From positions 82,522,001 to 82,586,000 of the forward strand of contig NC_043002.1 of NCBI RefSeq assembly GCF_006345805.1: a stretch of 64,000 nucleotides of DNA, in the 5' to 3' direction. The translations under genes and the position numbers were made by a program. The notes under the pieces were generated by a model. It made no database searches. It was not told the DNA's origin and worked only from the letters and a program-made list of their open reading frames with translations. Below are positions 50,335 through 64,000 of this stretch, piece by piece. Numbering within the stretch: the stretch's first letter is position 1; every line of letters starts with the position of its first letter. Source of the DNA: Octopus sinensis (Eukaryota).

Positions 50335-50620
50335 TCCGCCTACTTTCAATTATTTGAACTCTTCCTGTAAAGAAGGAGCTGGTTTCTAACAAACGTACAA
50401 AGCTTCATTGGTGGAATGTAGACAATAAAAGCAAATTCGTGTTTTAAACTTGAAAAATGTCTTGCATATTCTTATTGTTCCACTTACAGAATGCATTTCT
50501 AATCTGCGTATTAACTGGTTGATTTCTTTTTCTGAAAACCCTCGCTTATCCAGCTTGTCACTTCGGCATTTACTCACGAAACCAAGTGCACCAATTATCA
50601 TTTGTATTATTTGTGAATTT
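50335..50620 (-). mobile_element. 3' end of an R4/Dong-like (RLE) non-LTR retrotransposon ending in (ACAT)n
   Basis: MIIGALGFVSKCRSDKLDKRGFSEKEINQLIRRLEMHSVSGTIRICKTFFKF resembles RLE-clade ORF C-termini. Confidence 0.65.
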
Positions 50621-50624
50621 ATAA

Positions 50625-51010
50625 GGCGGCGAGCTGGCAGGAACGTTAGCACGCCAGGCGAAATGCTTAGCGGTATTTCGTCTGCGTTACGTTGTGAGTT
50701 CAAATTCCGCCGAGGTCGACTTTGCCTTTCATCCTTTCGGGGTCGATAAATTAAGTACTAGTTACGCATTGGGGTCGATGTAATCGACTTAATACCTATG
50801 TCTGTCCTTGTTTGTCCCCTCTGTGTTTAGCCCCTTGTGGGTAATAAAGAAATAGGTATATCGTTTGTCTTTACGTTCTGAGTTCAAATTCCGCCGAGGT
50901 CGATTTTGCCTTTGGAGGTCGATAAATTAAGTACCAGTTGCGAACTGGGTCGATCTAATCGATTGGCCCCCTCCCCCAAAATTTTGTGCCTTGTGCCTAG
51001 AGTAGAAACG
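50625..51010 (+). mobile_element. SINE family B (dimeric)
   Basis: GGCGGCGAGCTGGCAGGAACGTTAGCACGCC head. Confidence 0.85.
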
Positions 51011-51043
51011 GTTATTTGTGAATCTATTATTTGGATATACAGG

Positions 51044-51091
<48 letters not shown>

Positions 51092-51119
51092 ATCTATACG
51101 CATGTTGACATCTCCATTC

Positions 51120-51346
51120 TTTTATTCTTTTACTCGTTTCCGTCATTTGACTGCGACCATACTGGAGCACCGCCGTTAGTCAAACAAATCAACCCCCAGG
51201 ACTAATTCTTTGTAAGCTTAGTACTTATTTCATCGGGTTATTTTGCCGAACTGCATCGGTTGTGAAGCGGTGGTGTGGAGAGGGAAAACACAGACACACA
51301 AACATATATATATACACATATACATACATACACACACACACACGCA

Positions 51347-51410
<64 letters not shown>

Positions 51411-51560
51411 CATATGACGAGCTTCTTTCAGTTTCCGCCTATCAAATCAACTCACAAGTCTTTGGTCGGCTCGTGGCTATAGCTGAAGACACTCGCCCAA
51501 CAAGCCACGCAGTGGAACTGAACCCGGGACCATGTGCTTAGAAGCAAGCTTCTTACCACA
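51120..51560 (-). mobile_element. SINE family A
   Basis: Reverse-complement match. Confidence 0.8.
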
Positions 51561-52020
51561 GCGTCTGTGTGCTTGTTAGACGCCGGCATGGCCGATTGGT
51601 AAACAAGTTGAATTTACAATCATAAGATGGCGATTTCGATCTCCCTTTACCTCGGGTGCAACCATCACTGGATTTAAGAAACTCACTTCGCATCCACGTA
51701 ATTTCGGGTTCGATACCATTGTGTAGAACATTTGCCAAGTATCCTTTTATAATAGCCCTTTTCAGTGGCCCAGCAACAAAATTTGTTAAGGGGGTACAAA
51801 CCCAGGTCCTAATTTTTTAATGAAAATTGTGATTTTTCCAATGTTAACATTAAAACAAATGCAGGTATAATAATTATTATCTTTATGAGGGTCCACTGAA
51901 ATGTTCATAATCTGAGCAAGACCTTCTCAATGGAATGTGACCAAATGAAGTTCATTTTCTAACACAGTTCCTCTTACTGTCCACACACTTCCATTAGTAG
52001 TTGCAGTGCTTGGGTCGCAC

Positions 52021-52290
52021 AGTCCTTAATTTATCGACCTCGAAAGGATGAAAGGCAAAGTCGACCTCAGCAGAATTTGAACTTAGAACGAAGCGGCAGA
52101 CGAAATGCCTATTTCTTTACTACCCACAAGGGGCTAAACACAGAGAGGACAAACAAGGACAGACAAACGGATTAAGTCGATTATATCGACCCAGTGCGTA
52201 ACTGGTACTTATTTAATCGACCCCGAAAGGATGAAAGGCAAAGTCGACCTCGGCGGAATTTGAACTCTGAACGTAGTGGCAAACGAAACA
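52021..52290 (-). mobile_element. SINE family B fragment, nearly identical to 47736-48192
   Basis: Shares private variants with the 47.7-kb copy. Confidence 0.8.
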
Positions 52291-52329
52291 CTGCATAAAA
52301 TGTTGCACAGAAAGTCAACACACACACAT

Positions 52330-53212
52330 ATATAATGATAAAGGAAATTATTGTATACAGTGCTCAGGTGCACTACAACTAAAAAGAAAAAAATGGCCAT
52401 CAGGTGTACTGTTGGCGGATTTCAGGACACATGGAAGTTTTGAAGGATTTAGTGTATTGACAGCTAACAACTGATGCAGGTGGTTTATTCCATGGTTCTG
52501 CAATTCTGAGCATGAAAAATTGTTTCCGAAAGTCATGGGTGCTGTGTTGTTTTTTGATTTTATAAGCATGTCCGTGAGTGTTTGTCATATGGAATTCAAA
52601 AAGTTACCCAAGGTTGTTGCTGGAAATATGGTGGATAATCTTGTGGGTTTCAATCAAGTCAGTTGCCAGACGTCTGGACTTCATTGTATCCATGCCCAGG
52701 AATGCAAGACGTTCAGAGTATGGTAGATGTCTGACGGTGGGTATTCGCTTTGTTGCACATTTCTGAACAATTTCCAGGAGATTTAAATGCTGAGAAAGAG
52801 AGGGGTTCCAGACTGGTGATGCAAAGCCCAAGTGTGGACATACCATTGTTGTATACAATTTTAAATAGATAACTGAAGAGTGGCTGACAAAGGTCTTACT
52901 GAGAGATGCTAGCACCACCACAACCTTTTTGACAATCTTAGATATATGGTTTGTCCAATGCAGATTGTTGTTTACAATAATACCCAGAACATGTCCACCA
53001 GAAGACTTCTTGAGATTGGTGTTGTTGAGGGAGTATGTAAAAGCTGGATTTTTCCTCCCAAATGCATGGTGACACACTTGTCTACAGATAGCTTGAGATG
53101 CCAGTCAGAGGTCCACTGCTGCATTGAATCCAGATATGATTGCAGGATAGGATCTGTTCTTTTTATTTCAAGGTACAGCTTGGTATCATCTGCATATTTC
53201 AACACTGAATTT
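52330..53212 (-). mobile_element. CR1-group LINE RT 3' half
   Basis: LKYADDTKLY, WHLKLSVDKC, LYTTMVCPHLGFASPVWNP, LEIVQKCATKRIP. Confidence 0.9.
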
Positions 53213-53677
53213 CCCAGGACGTTTTCGACCAAATTTCCCGGAAGTTAGAAAATCCTCGTAACTTTCCAGGAAGTTTTCGACCAAAGTTCCCGGAAGTAAG
53301 AAATTCCACGGAACTTTCCAGGAAGTTTTCGATCAAAGTTCCCGGAAGTTAGAAAATCATCGGAACTTCCCAGGGAGATTTTGACCAAATTTCCAGGAAG
53401 TTAGAAAATCCGCGGAACTTCCCAGGAAGTTTTCAACCAAATTTTCTGGAAGTTATAAAAGCCTCGGAACTTCCCAGGAAGTTTTCGACCAAATTTCCCG
53501 GAAGTTAGAAAATCTTCGAAACTTCCCAGGAACTTTTCGACCAAATTATCGGGACGTTAGAAAATACTCGGAACTTCCCATGAAATTTTCGACCAAAATT
53601 CCCCGAAGTTAGGAAATCCTCGGAACTTCCCAGGGAGTTTTCGACCAAATTTCCAGGAAGTTATAAAAGCCTCGGAC
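53212..53677. repeat. 52-bp tandem minisatellite, about 9 units
   Basis: The unit GGAAGTTTTCGACCAAATTTCCCGGAAGTTAGAAAATCCTCGGAACTTCCCA starts at 53225, 53277, 53329, 53381... Confidence 0.92.
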
Positions 53678-54441
53678 CAGACTGAGAGAGGACAAGAACC
53701 TTCACACATTTTCAGCATTGCAAGATTTTGGAGTTATTTTTGTCAGAATAGAGCTGTCTTCAAGAATCCAAGTAATGCTATGTATTGAAGAGTAGCCGTA
53801 GATGCTGGTCATATTGTTGTTCTTGTTGTTTGCTGCTACTGTTGTTGCTGTCACATACTTTTTATTTTGATGCTACTTTGCTTCTGAAGTTGGTTAGTCA
53901 TAAATTCCCTTGGGAATTTTAAGCCCAGCTTCATCACTTTTATTTATTTATTTTTGTTCTTTGTTTTTGCTTTGAAACGAAATCTAGCTTCAAGCATCTT
54001 ATATAGATAATTTTTTAGACACTATTTTCTGAAACTGGTAAAATTATATAGAGGGTGCAAATTTTGATCTTGCACCACCTGAAAATTCCAAGGGGTGCAA
54101 GTGCACCCGATGCACCCCCTGTTCCCGGGCCCTTGGCCCTTTTCATACTAATAACTTGTAAGTGGATTTGGTAGACGGAAACTGTATGAAAGTCTGTCGG
54201 ATATACATCTGTGTATGTCTGTGTGCGTATGTGTGTATGCGAATGTGTGTGTATGTGTGCGTAAAAGTCACCTTGTGAGAAACATACAAAATTTATGCAG
54301 TAAAACTGTTGTGCAAAAAGATTATGTAGTTTTATTTTTATGTTTATAAATAAAAAAACTGGTTTTATTCAAACAATATATATCTATAATATACATAGAT
54401 AGATAGGTAGGTATGCATGTATATATATATATATATATATA

Positions 54442-54518
<77 letters not shown>

Positions 54519-55296
54519 TAAATATATATACACATAGATAGATAAGTATTTAGGTAGGTATGATGTAGGTAGGTAGGTAGATAAACATACTGACAGACAG
54601 ACACACAGACAAATAAAGAGACAGATAGATATCTAGGTAGGTAGATAGATAGATAAACACACTGACAGACAGATAGACAGACAGACACACAGATAGTTAT
54701 ATATGTAGATAGTTAGGGAGGTAGGTAGATAGATAGATAGTGTGAGTGCGTTTTGTGTGTGCGTACATTTTTGTGCGTGTACGTGCATATATATAACCTG
54801 GAAGAAAAGGAACTGATTATGAACCCCACATGCCCTCTCCGCTCCCGAGACTGGGTCAGAGATAATATGGTGTACGGTTAATATTCAGTTCATCTCCTCT
54901 AATCCATGAGTTAAGTCGTCGTCGTTGCCGTTGTCTGCAAGAGAAACGTGGGTGCGATGGAAATAATAGAGAGTTGATTTTTGGGGGAGAGCTGGATTGC
55001 GTGTATAATTTAGTGCTTTGATCAGACACGGTAGGAGAGACGAAAGCGTTGGTGTGTTCGGGTGGAGGTGCTATACAGTTAACTAGTCCAGAGAAACAGA
55101 GGCTGTTGTAATAGCTATACACCAAGAAGAGAGAAGACACAGTGTGTCGTGAATAACAAGTTATTGTGTGTCCATGATATATACAGCAGCCAGTCAGATT
55201 GCTTTGTTTTGAATATAAACTCTGAAGGATTGGGATGTAACCGTCACATTTGAGTCAAACTTCATGCTTTATTTTTGGGCTGATTTGAGCTTTGTA

Positions 55297-55862
55297 TTGG
55301 GTTGTCCGGAAAGTTCGTGCTGATATTTAAAGGAAAGAAAAAGGTCAATAAATACTTGCCATTACATTTTTAATCAACCAAATATGAACCATTTTGTTGC
55401 ACAATGCGTCTCCATCTTTCCTTTTACTTGAAAATACCCTCTTCTCAGAACTGAGGTGATGTCATGGCAAAGAATTCATCAAGGTATCTTTTTACGTCAT
55501 CCAAGGAATTGAAATTTTTACCATTAAGACTATTCTGCAGAGACCTGAATAAGTGGAAATCCGAAGGAGCAATATCTGGTGAATATGGAGGGTGGGGTAA
55601 CACATCCCAGCTAAGATGCAGCAATTTTTGTCTGGTTCCCAAGGCATCAAGTGCCGAAAGTGAACTTTCTTATCTTCCATTTTAAAGGGTTATAGAATTA
55701 ACACAGATTATAGGAACATAAACCTTCTTCCACGAAAAGATAGCTTAAACTGTGCTCTAAATGGAGGTGTAGTCAAATCCTATTTTATGGACACAACCAT
55801 GTTCTAAAATAAGTCGAAAGGTAAGCTATTATAAATAGGCATGAACTTTCCGAACAACCTAA
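55297..55862 (-). mobile_element. Internally deleted mariner element with both TIRs and TA TSD
   Basis: TA|TTGGGTTGTCCGGAAAGTTCGTGC...GCATGAACTTTCCGAACAACCTAA|TA. Encodes WDVLPHPPYSPDIAPSDFHLFRSLQN. Confidence 0.9.
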
Positions 55863-56710
55863 TAGAAAATCAGAAAAATATTTTCTGATTCTGGAAGAGC
55901 GACGCAAGTGTTATGTAAATGGATTGCCATAGAAATTAATCAGAGTTAGTCTTTACAGATGCATATTCTCCAAGACTAGAGAGTGGTTAGTAGATATGAA
56001 GAACTGTGTCTATATTTTTTCGAAAAGAGACAAGATTGTGATGCAACCGTTTGAATATCTTTTGGACGTCTTTGTACGTGGAGTCAGAACTGGTTTAATA
56101 CCAGATGCTTGCTTACGACGCATTAATAATAATGATGACTACGGCGAGGACGACGACAAAGAGGAGGAGGAGGAGGAGGAAAATACACGACCCAGTTTAA
56201 CCACCACCGACTAGCATTTGGGGGTATCTTTTGAGGAATCAATTTTGTTGCAAGCATTCGGACCAGATTTCCGGTTTGAAGACAGCTCCCTCCTTCCCAC
56301 TAGTCTTCAAGACCCTTTAAACGGGTCACAAAAGTACTGCCTTCCTGCTTGACTGCAAGATAAAGTGGTAGAATCCAATAAGTGGTGGTCTGTGTGTGTG
56401 GGCATCCGGATAACTAGTAATGGCCTCTCTGTATCGGTATTGTAAACATACACAAATAATGTAGACAGTGGAATGACTATTATGCCACGAAGAAGAGAAG
56501 TGTAATAAATCTCTCACTCCTCCATCCCTCTCTCTCTCCCTCCCTTCCTCTCTATCTCTTTCTCTCTATCTATCTATCTTTCATTCTCTTCTTCCTCTCT
56601 ATCACTATCTCTCCCTTTCTCCATAAAAGAGGGTTCTACATGAAACTTGAGATTTCTCATCATCTCCATCGCGTAACGTGTTCCCCTGCTCTATATCATT
56701 GTCTTTATAT

Positions 56711-56789
<79 letters not shown>

Positions 56790-57049
56790 TATACATACAC
56801 ACAAGTATAACGATATGGTCGGAGTGATAATGTATGCATGTACATAGGCATGCAAAAAGTGAATGAAAAATCGGCGTAAATTCAGAGAAATACAAATCAA
56901 ACTTCGTGAATGGGCCTAGTGTGGCGCCATATTAATTAGATCTCTTGAGAATGTGTCAGTCTTCCTATAAAAGTGTGTTCATACATGTACGGAGGTATAC
57001 ATGTTGGCATGTCTGCCTGTGCATGTATGTATGTGTCTACGAATATATG

Positions 57050-57660
<611 letters not shown>

Positions 57661-58156
57661 TAATGTGTGTGCGCGTATCAAAAATATTTGCTATTTATGT
57701 GATATGCAGCAGTTCTTATTTCTAAGTTATACAGACGTATATATGTGTGTATGTTTGAATGCATGTATGCACGTTTGGGTATAATGTTAAATTATACATA
57801 AGAGATTACGAGTGATAAATCATATCAAATACGTGCAGCCCTAACATGTGTGTGTGTGTGTGTGTGTGTGTGTATGCGTGTGTGCGAAAGATTTTAGACG
57901 TATACACACGCACACAAACACATACAATCATACATGTGTGTGCACGAACATATGGGTATGCGTGTATATATGTATATATGTGTGTGTGGGTGTGCATACA
58001 TATGCGCATATATACATGTATATGTATATCCACGATGTATTTAGATGTTAATATGCATTTGCATGTATATATATATGTATATATATGTATATATACATAC
58101 ATATACATATGTATACACACACAAACATGCATACATATATAGATACGCATACATAC

Positions 58157-58200
<44 letters not shown>

Positions 58201-58344
58201 CGTATGTGTGTGTGTGTGTTTATAAGCTTATATAAATTCCCTGAATGTACATAAGTCAAGCTAAATAATCAGATCCTAGACATTTGTAAAGACGAGATGT
58301 GAGGTGGTTATGTAATAGATGACTTAATTGCGTCTGTAATCTTA

Positions 58345-58376
<32 letters not shown>

Positions 58377-59199
58377 AGTACTTGACGGATTGATGTTGTT
58401 GTTGTTGTTGTTATTGGTGGTGGTGGTGGTGGTGGTTAGGTGGTTATTGCAGTAATAGTAGTGGTAGCGGGGTGGGGTGGGTCTAATCTTTTCTCCTCGT
58501 TTTATTTTCGCCTCCATTCAACTGTCAGAACAATATTTTAACAAGACTGACTGTGTGCAAACTACGCACTCCACCCTCTCCGCGGCATCACTGACACACT
58601 CTACACACAACCTCATACAATACACTTTACGCCAAAATACTTTACACATCTCCATTTTTACACACTATGCACTCGTAATGGTCGGCAATTTCTTGACATT
58701 GAGGCTGGTTAAGATGGGAATATAGCATCTGAGATCTTAGAGGAAAACAAAGTGGATCCAACGGCAGAACTACTAATGGAACGGTAACGTGTTGGAGCAA
58801 GCCGATACGAAACCAAGACCACGTGAGATCAGCTTTGATGGAGTAACCCAAAACAACTGTTTTAAAGTTCTGGTGATGGAAGGGAAACAAAGAAAGCGGT
58901 TCACTGCAGAATCCAAATGTTTAGTTGCAGATCAAGTATTTCTTGTCTCACAGGAGAAGTGACACTATTTTGGGCTTCATCAGTTTGCTTTCTACGTTTG
59001 TGTCCACTAGTGAGATGGTCAGTTCGTGCAATGTCAAAGTTCATTGCTACATCATGGGCGGTTTCCCTCCGCTTGCATTGATTAGACACCAACGATTCAC
59101 ACTCATGCACGTTTAAAAAAATTTTCAAATACGCCATTCCGAGCTGTTGGATAAGACTGTACCCTTCAGATGCTGCTAAATCTTAGATCTGACTCTATG

Positions 59200-59720
59200 A
59201 CTCGGTGTTAATTCTCTTCTGCCTTGTTAGATCCTACCAGGCAGTGATCCGTCCAGTAATTCTCGTCTCTTATCATGGTACACATCATTGTAATTATTAA
59301 CACAATGTCAGTCAACAATATGCCACTGCTTCAATGGTGGATGCTACCATTCTTGTATTTCCTTGTTTATTAGAATTGTGTTCTTATGATAAATAAGTAG
59401 TGCGCTTCATTTTTGGTTAGGAAACTAAGTTGAGCTAAACCTATTCATGCGATGTTTGCCATATTTGCTTTACGGAAGGTTCGAATTGTTATCAGTTCTA
59501 GCAGTGAGGTTCCCTAACAAGATAATTTTGTTTTGCTTCGGTATTCTGGAACAGAATGCAGAGAAATTCCTTTTTAACTTCCATACCTGCCTTAAGTGTG
59601 GACGTACACCCACTGATGAATGTCGTATGTCTCTTAGAATAGGCATGATCAACATTTTTCGGGAAGGTCGGGTGACACATGGCTCATCAAGCTGGTGGCA
59701 CTGTTAAAAACACTTAAGGT
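59200..59720 (-). mobile_element. Decayed RTE-clade APE endonuclease region
   Basis: The minus strand has IPKQNKIILLGNLTAR, QWHIVD and WTDHCLV motifs. Confidence 0.65.
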
Positions 59721-61036
59721 AATTTTTCGTTAGTCATACTATCCAGAAAGTTCCGCAGCAGCATATAGCCTGCGGACAGCAGTTTGTCCATGACTGCCTT
59801 CATGCCAGCAAACTTTAAGCATAACGTCATAAGGCATATGTATGACCTCAGCTCTCCCTCATTGGCAAAGTCTTATTTCACTAGGAACTGCAATGTCGAT
59901 ACTAAAGTGAGCCACTTCACTAGAGATGAGTACCGTACACCGTTCTGATCAAAGGTTGCTCGGTTTATCAATAAAAATTTGAAAGTTGGAATGAATTTTA
60001 TCTTGTAATGCTTTTTTCGTATATAAAGTACCCTTTTCTAGCATTTTCCAATGCAGCGTTAACAGAGCAGAACCCCAAAATCTCATATAATCAAACATGC
60101 ACCCGGCGTCACTGTGCCATTTCATGATTAAGGGCTTCCATAGAATCTTGAGATTAATATGCCTCAGTATAATAGAAAAAATTCTCACATGATTGAATGT
60201 AGCACAGTGTTGCGGTCCTCACCCACACCATCACAACCGTTTTGTCGTGTGTGACCGAATTATTCAGAGTGCGGCAGAAAGGTTGCCCCGATTTTAAACA
60301 TTAATAAGAAACAAACACATGAAGATACAAGAAAAAACAAACTCTTCAACAACAAATGCACGATACTCCCCGCACCAGACCATGTTGGGTACTATCTGAA
60401 GACATCCCCAAAAGGAGCATGGAAGAATTCAGGCCTTTGTCACAGTTTGATTCCAAAGTGTAACCTACATGGCACTAACTACACAGATAGCATTATATAC
60501 TACATCAATACACATCACCAACACCACAAACCACAACCACCAACACACTACTACAATTACCATGGCCATCACACTAACACCAATCTCATCAAAACCACCG
60601 TCACCACTATCACACCACATCCCACACTCCATACGCCACCATAATATTCCACACCGCAACGATACCACCTCATCCCACTCCACACCACCACCACCAATAC
60701 TACCATTAAACTCTATATCATTAAAACCACTCTACGACTACACAGGACTTATTTATACTTCAACAGCACCATTGCATCATCCAAGACAGAGGAGCCGCGA
60801 CATCGGTTTCAGGGCAAGATCTTCAACTTGTATAAGCCAGCGCTGTGCTTATGTGACTTTCATTCAATGTGAAGGCTATAGACACATACACATTCACACA
60901 TATTCACATGCACACACACACACACTCACACACACACACACACACACCACACACACACACACGCACACACACACATACGCTCGCAGACACACACATACAT
61001 ACATAAACAGATACATATAAATACATATATATACAT

Positions 61037-61069
<33 letters not shown>

Positions 61070-61489
61070 TATATATTTATATATATATACATGTAAACAT
61101 ATATATGTATACATACATATATATATATATACATATATATACGCATACATGCATACATACATACATACATACATACATACATACATACACATACATACAT
61201 ACATACATACGTATAGGAATGCATACTTTAATATCGAACAGTGAGAATGTGTGCTCAACAACGCATTGATTGATAAATATTATTTATTTATGGTTTAAAA
61301 AGGCTACCATTGGTTTTATGCAAAGAATTCTCAGCAACTATCAATCCTGCCATATCGGACGTTGATACTCGCCTCCATCTTGGATGAGAACATATGTAAT
61401 GGCTTAGCAGGCTGAATAATAATAATAATAATAATGATATAATAAATTAATAATAATAATGATAATAACAAATAATAATACAACATAAA

Positions 61490-61543
<54 letters not shown>

Positions 61544-61547
61544 AATA

Positions 61548-61582
<35 letters not shown>

Positions 61583-61652
61583 TATAATAATATTATATAT
61601 ATATATATATATAATATATATATAATATATTATAATATATTATATATACATG

Positions 61653-61689
<37 letters not shown>

Positions 61690-62429
61690 ACACACACACA
61701 CCACACGAATATATATATACAGAGAAGAGAGAGATATGTATTATGATTTCATTTTTCGGCCAAATTTCAACAAACAAAATTGGTAAGTCATAAGTGGAAG
61801 CATAGCTACTATTCTTATATAACAAGAGGAGAGAGACAGTGGGAGAGAGAGATGATTAATAAAAATATAATGCGTCAAACTCGGTCATTCATCTTTGCCA
61901 GTTATTTTTTGTTGTTACGTGATGTAATTTTTTTCAGTAAATTATTTTGCAATTGAAGTTGTCAACATAGTCTTTTTTTTTGTTCTTTTAAACAATGTCA
62001 ATTTAAAGTTGTGTTTTTTCTACTTTTACTCTTCTCGCTAATGAACAGAGGAGCTACGAAATGTAGCGACAGAGATTCCTAAAGGAGCCAATATTTGGTA
62101 AATGGTTATGTGAAGTCGTTGCTGATCCGTCTAAAATATATTTGTAGATGTGACGTCATGACAAAATATTCTATGTTTGTAAACCACAGTCAAATTATAA
62201 GTACATGATTGAAGCGATATTTAATATAATTCTTTTCTTTTTACCAAAGTTTTGGTAAGAAAAAATGTGATGAAATCTCGATGCTAACTTAACATATATC
62301 TACTGCTTTCTCTCAGTTAACACCAGTGATCATTTCAAAAATAAAATACCTTACAGAAACCCTTTCCAAAGTGAAGTTGTATAATATTAAAAGGGAAAAT
62401 AATATTTTTGCGCGATGTTTCCCCAAACA

Positions 62430-62640
62430 AGGCCCGTCTCCACTGCAGAGTAAGAGACTACAAAAATGGAAAAAAGGAGCCCACAAATTGAAAAGATATC
62501 GATTGAGAGGAAGTTTAAAGAACTGAATATCATAGACCAAAGGAAAACAAAAGGATGATAGTAAGTTCCAGAGATCAGTGGTTTGAAGAAATAAGCTATT
62601 AGTATGACAAGGCAAAACACTAATTTTTCTTTGTTTCTTC
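62430..62640 (-). mobile_element. 3' end of a CR1/L2-group LINE
   Basis: HTNSLFLQTTDLWNLLSSFCFPLVYDIQFFKLPLNRYL. Confidence 0.6.
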
Positions 62641-62665
62641 GTCACTTCTCCTATCTTCTATCTTC

Positions 62666-62700
62666 TTTATGAAGAAGAACCTAGAGTTCGAAACGTCAGA
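62666..62700 (+). ncRNA. Degenerate minimal hammerhead motif (core C3 mutated)
   Basis: TTT-aTGAAGA-A-GAAC-CTAGA-GTTC-GAAAC-GTC-AGA. Confidence 0.45.
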
Positions 62701-62955
62701 CACTTCCATTTCTTTAATCTGTTACTGTGTCTTAAACTAATGAACGCACTTTGTATTCACTTTGTCTTCTTAATATTTTGGTCATAAATTTGTGTGTGTG
62801 CAAATGTTTGACTCCCGTACCCCAACCATCACTACATTCGCTACCATCAAATAAATCAAACATAGTCAGACACCATCTCCTACTACAAATTATATGCACA
62901 TGCTCACTAAAAGAACTCTCAATTTAATGAATATAAGTATAAGCAAATGCGTTAA

Positions 62956-63764
62956 TCTATATCTCTCTATATATAAACGGCAGTTTGTCTGTGTGTGTGT
63001 CTGTGTGTCTGTCAGGTTTTACCCTCACCCTGACCACGGCTTTCAACCTATTCTGATGAAACTTGACGCACACATAGCCCAATGTCATAATTCAAAACTA
63101 ACGCAGCGAAAATTTTGAAAAGTTCCCCCAGTTCTGAAAAAAAATCGATAAATTCGACATGGGTCGAGAATCTAAGCTTTTTATTTGCAACACGTTTTCT
63201 ACAGACTGTCTAGGGGACGCAACTCGACCTTTTTAACTTTCGGACCACGTGGGGTAAGTATCCCAAAATGTATAAAAATGTACAAAAACGGCAAAAAAGC
63301 GGGCAGCAATGTGAGTGACAACAACGAAAAAGTCAAAAGTGACCTAACTGAACAAACGAATGGAAAAGGTTTTTTGATGCACACGACAAAAGGTTTTATA
63401 ATAAACAAGAGTTTGCAAGTAGCGTCCGAGGACCCTTAGGGTACGTCAAAAATTTAAGGTAAAACGTTTGGGGTGGTAGTTATAAAGAAATTTTAAACAA
63501 AAAAGTAATTCGAATAACTTGCGGCTGCAGCAGCTATTAGCAGAAGTGGCGGTGTTGGGGTAAAGTCTCGATGTAATTTCTTCCTGGTAGGAATTGGTTG
63601 GGTTGAATTATCGATAGCTGTTTGATAGTTATTTGGGAGTGAGAGAAGACATTACAACCTACACACATCGCCTTCGTTCCCTAGAGGGAAAGGACTAGAT
63701 TGGGATTAGTCGTTGCCTACTAGGGCCTCTTACATACCCGGGCAACGCCGGGCTATGCTGCTAG
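62956..63764 (+). mobile_element. Non-autonomous Helitron-like element
   Basis: 5' TCTATATCTCTCTATATATAAAC; 3' CCCGGGCAACGCCGGG..TGCTGCTAG|T. Confidence 0.65.
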
Positions 63765-64000
63765 TATTTTATATAATCATAGAAGTTTTATCATTCTGTG
63801 TCACATTTATTCAAAGGGGTTGAGTAATTATGATCAGCAAAAGTTTTGTTACCTGAGCAGTTGTGGTCGTCAACTAAAAGATGAATTCTGGAAACAAAGA
63901 GCCTACTCTTCATTTTCGTTTCGTTTAATCTGGTAAAATAAATCTTATTTCTTAAAAAGAAAACTTGTGAATTAACTAAAAATCCATTGACAAAGGTTGG

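Larger units (their letters stand above)
51763..54135. mobile_element. hAT-like element with 8-bp TSD, inserted in a family A SINE and carrying nested inserts
   Basis: GCCCTTTT at 51755-51762 and 54136-54143. Imperfect TIRs CAGTGGCCCAGCAAC / (rc)CAAGGGCCCGGGAAC. The flanks rejoin into a SINE A. Confidence 0.75.

Noticed and set aside
53212-53677. Possible CRISPR-like array (also 12832-12960 and 13550-14197)
   Set aside because: Head-to-tail tandem units with no unique spacers, no cas genes, and a eukaryotic context.

Overview
Repeat-dense, AT-rich animal genomic DNA. It is most likely Octopus or another coleoid cephalopod, inferred from the CDICGKSF-type tandem C2H2 zinc-finger gene, tRNA-derived SINE families and massive (TA)n/(ATAC)n/(CA)n arrays. 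The only convincing host protein-coding gene is a ~27-finger C2H2-ZNF (4874-7192, +), which lies between two copies of a >=2.4-kb direct duplication offset by 10,390 bp. The rest is mobile-element debris: at least four SINE families, mariner, pogo, hAT, Merlin-like and Helitron-like elements, CR1/RTE/R4-like LINE fragments, a Gypsy gag-protease remnant and a Penelope-like GIY-YIG ORF. There are also minisatellites and a 330-bp interstitial telomeric array. The most notable signals are several type I hammerhead-ribozyme motifs (8162, 17489, 46544, 62666), one of them in the tail of a tRNA-headed SINE-like element; R4/Dong-like 3' ends attached to (ATAC)n arrays; a 145-bp perfect local templated copy; and a nested hAT insertion with an intact 8-bp TSD. 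Nearly all other ORFs in the track are microsatellite or repeat artefacts. Most repeat boundaries are approximate, read by eye.
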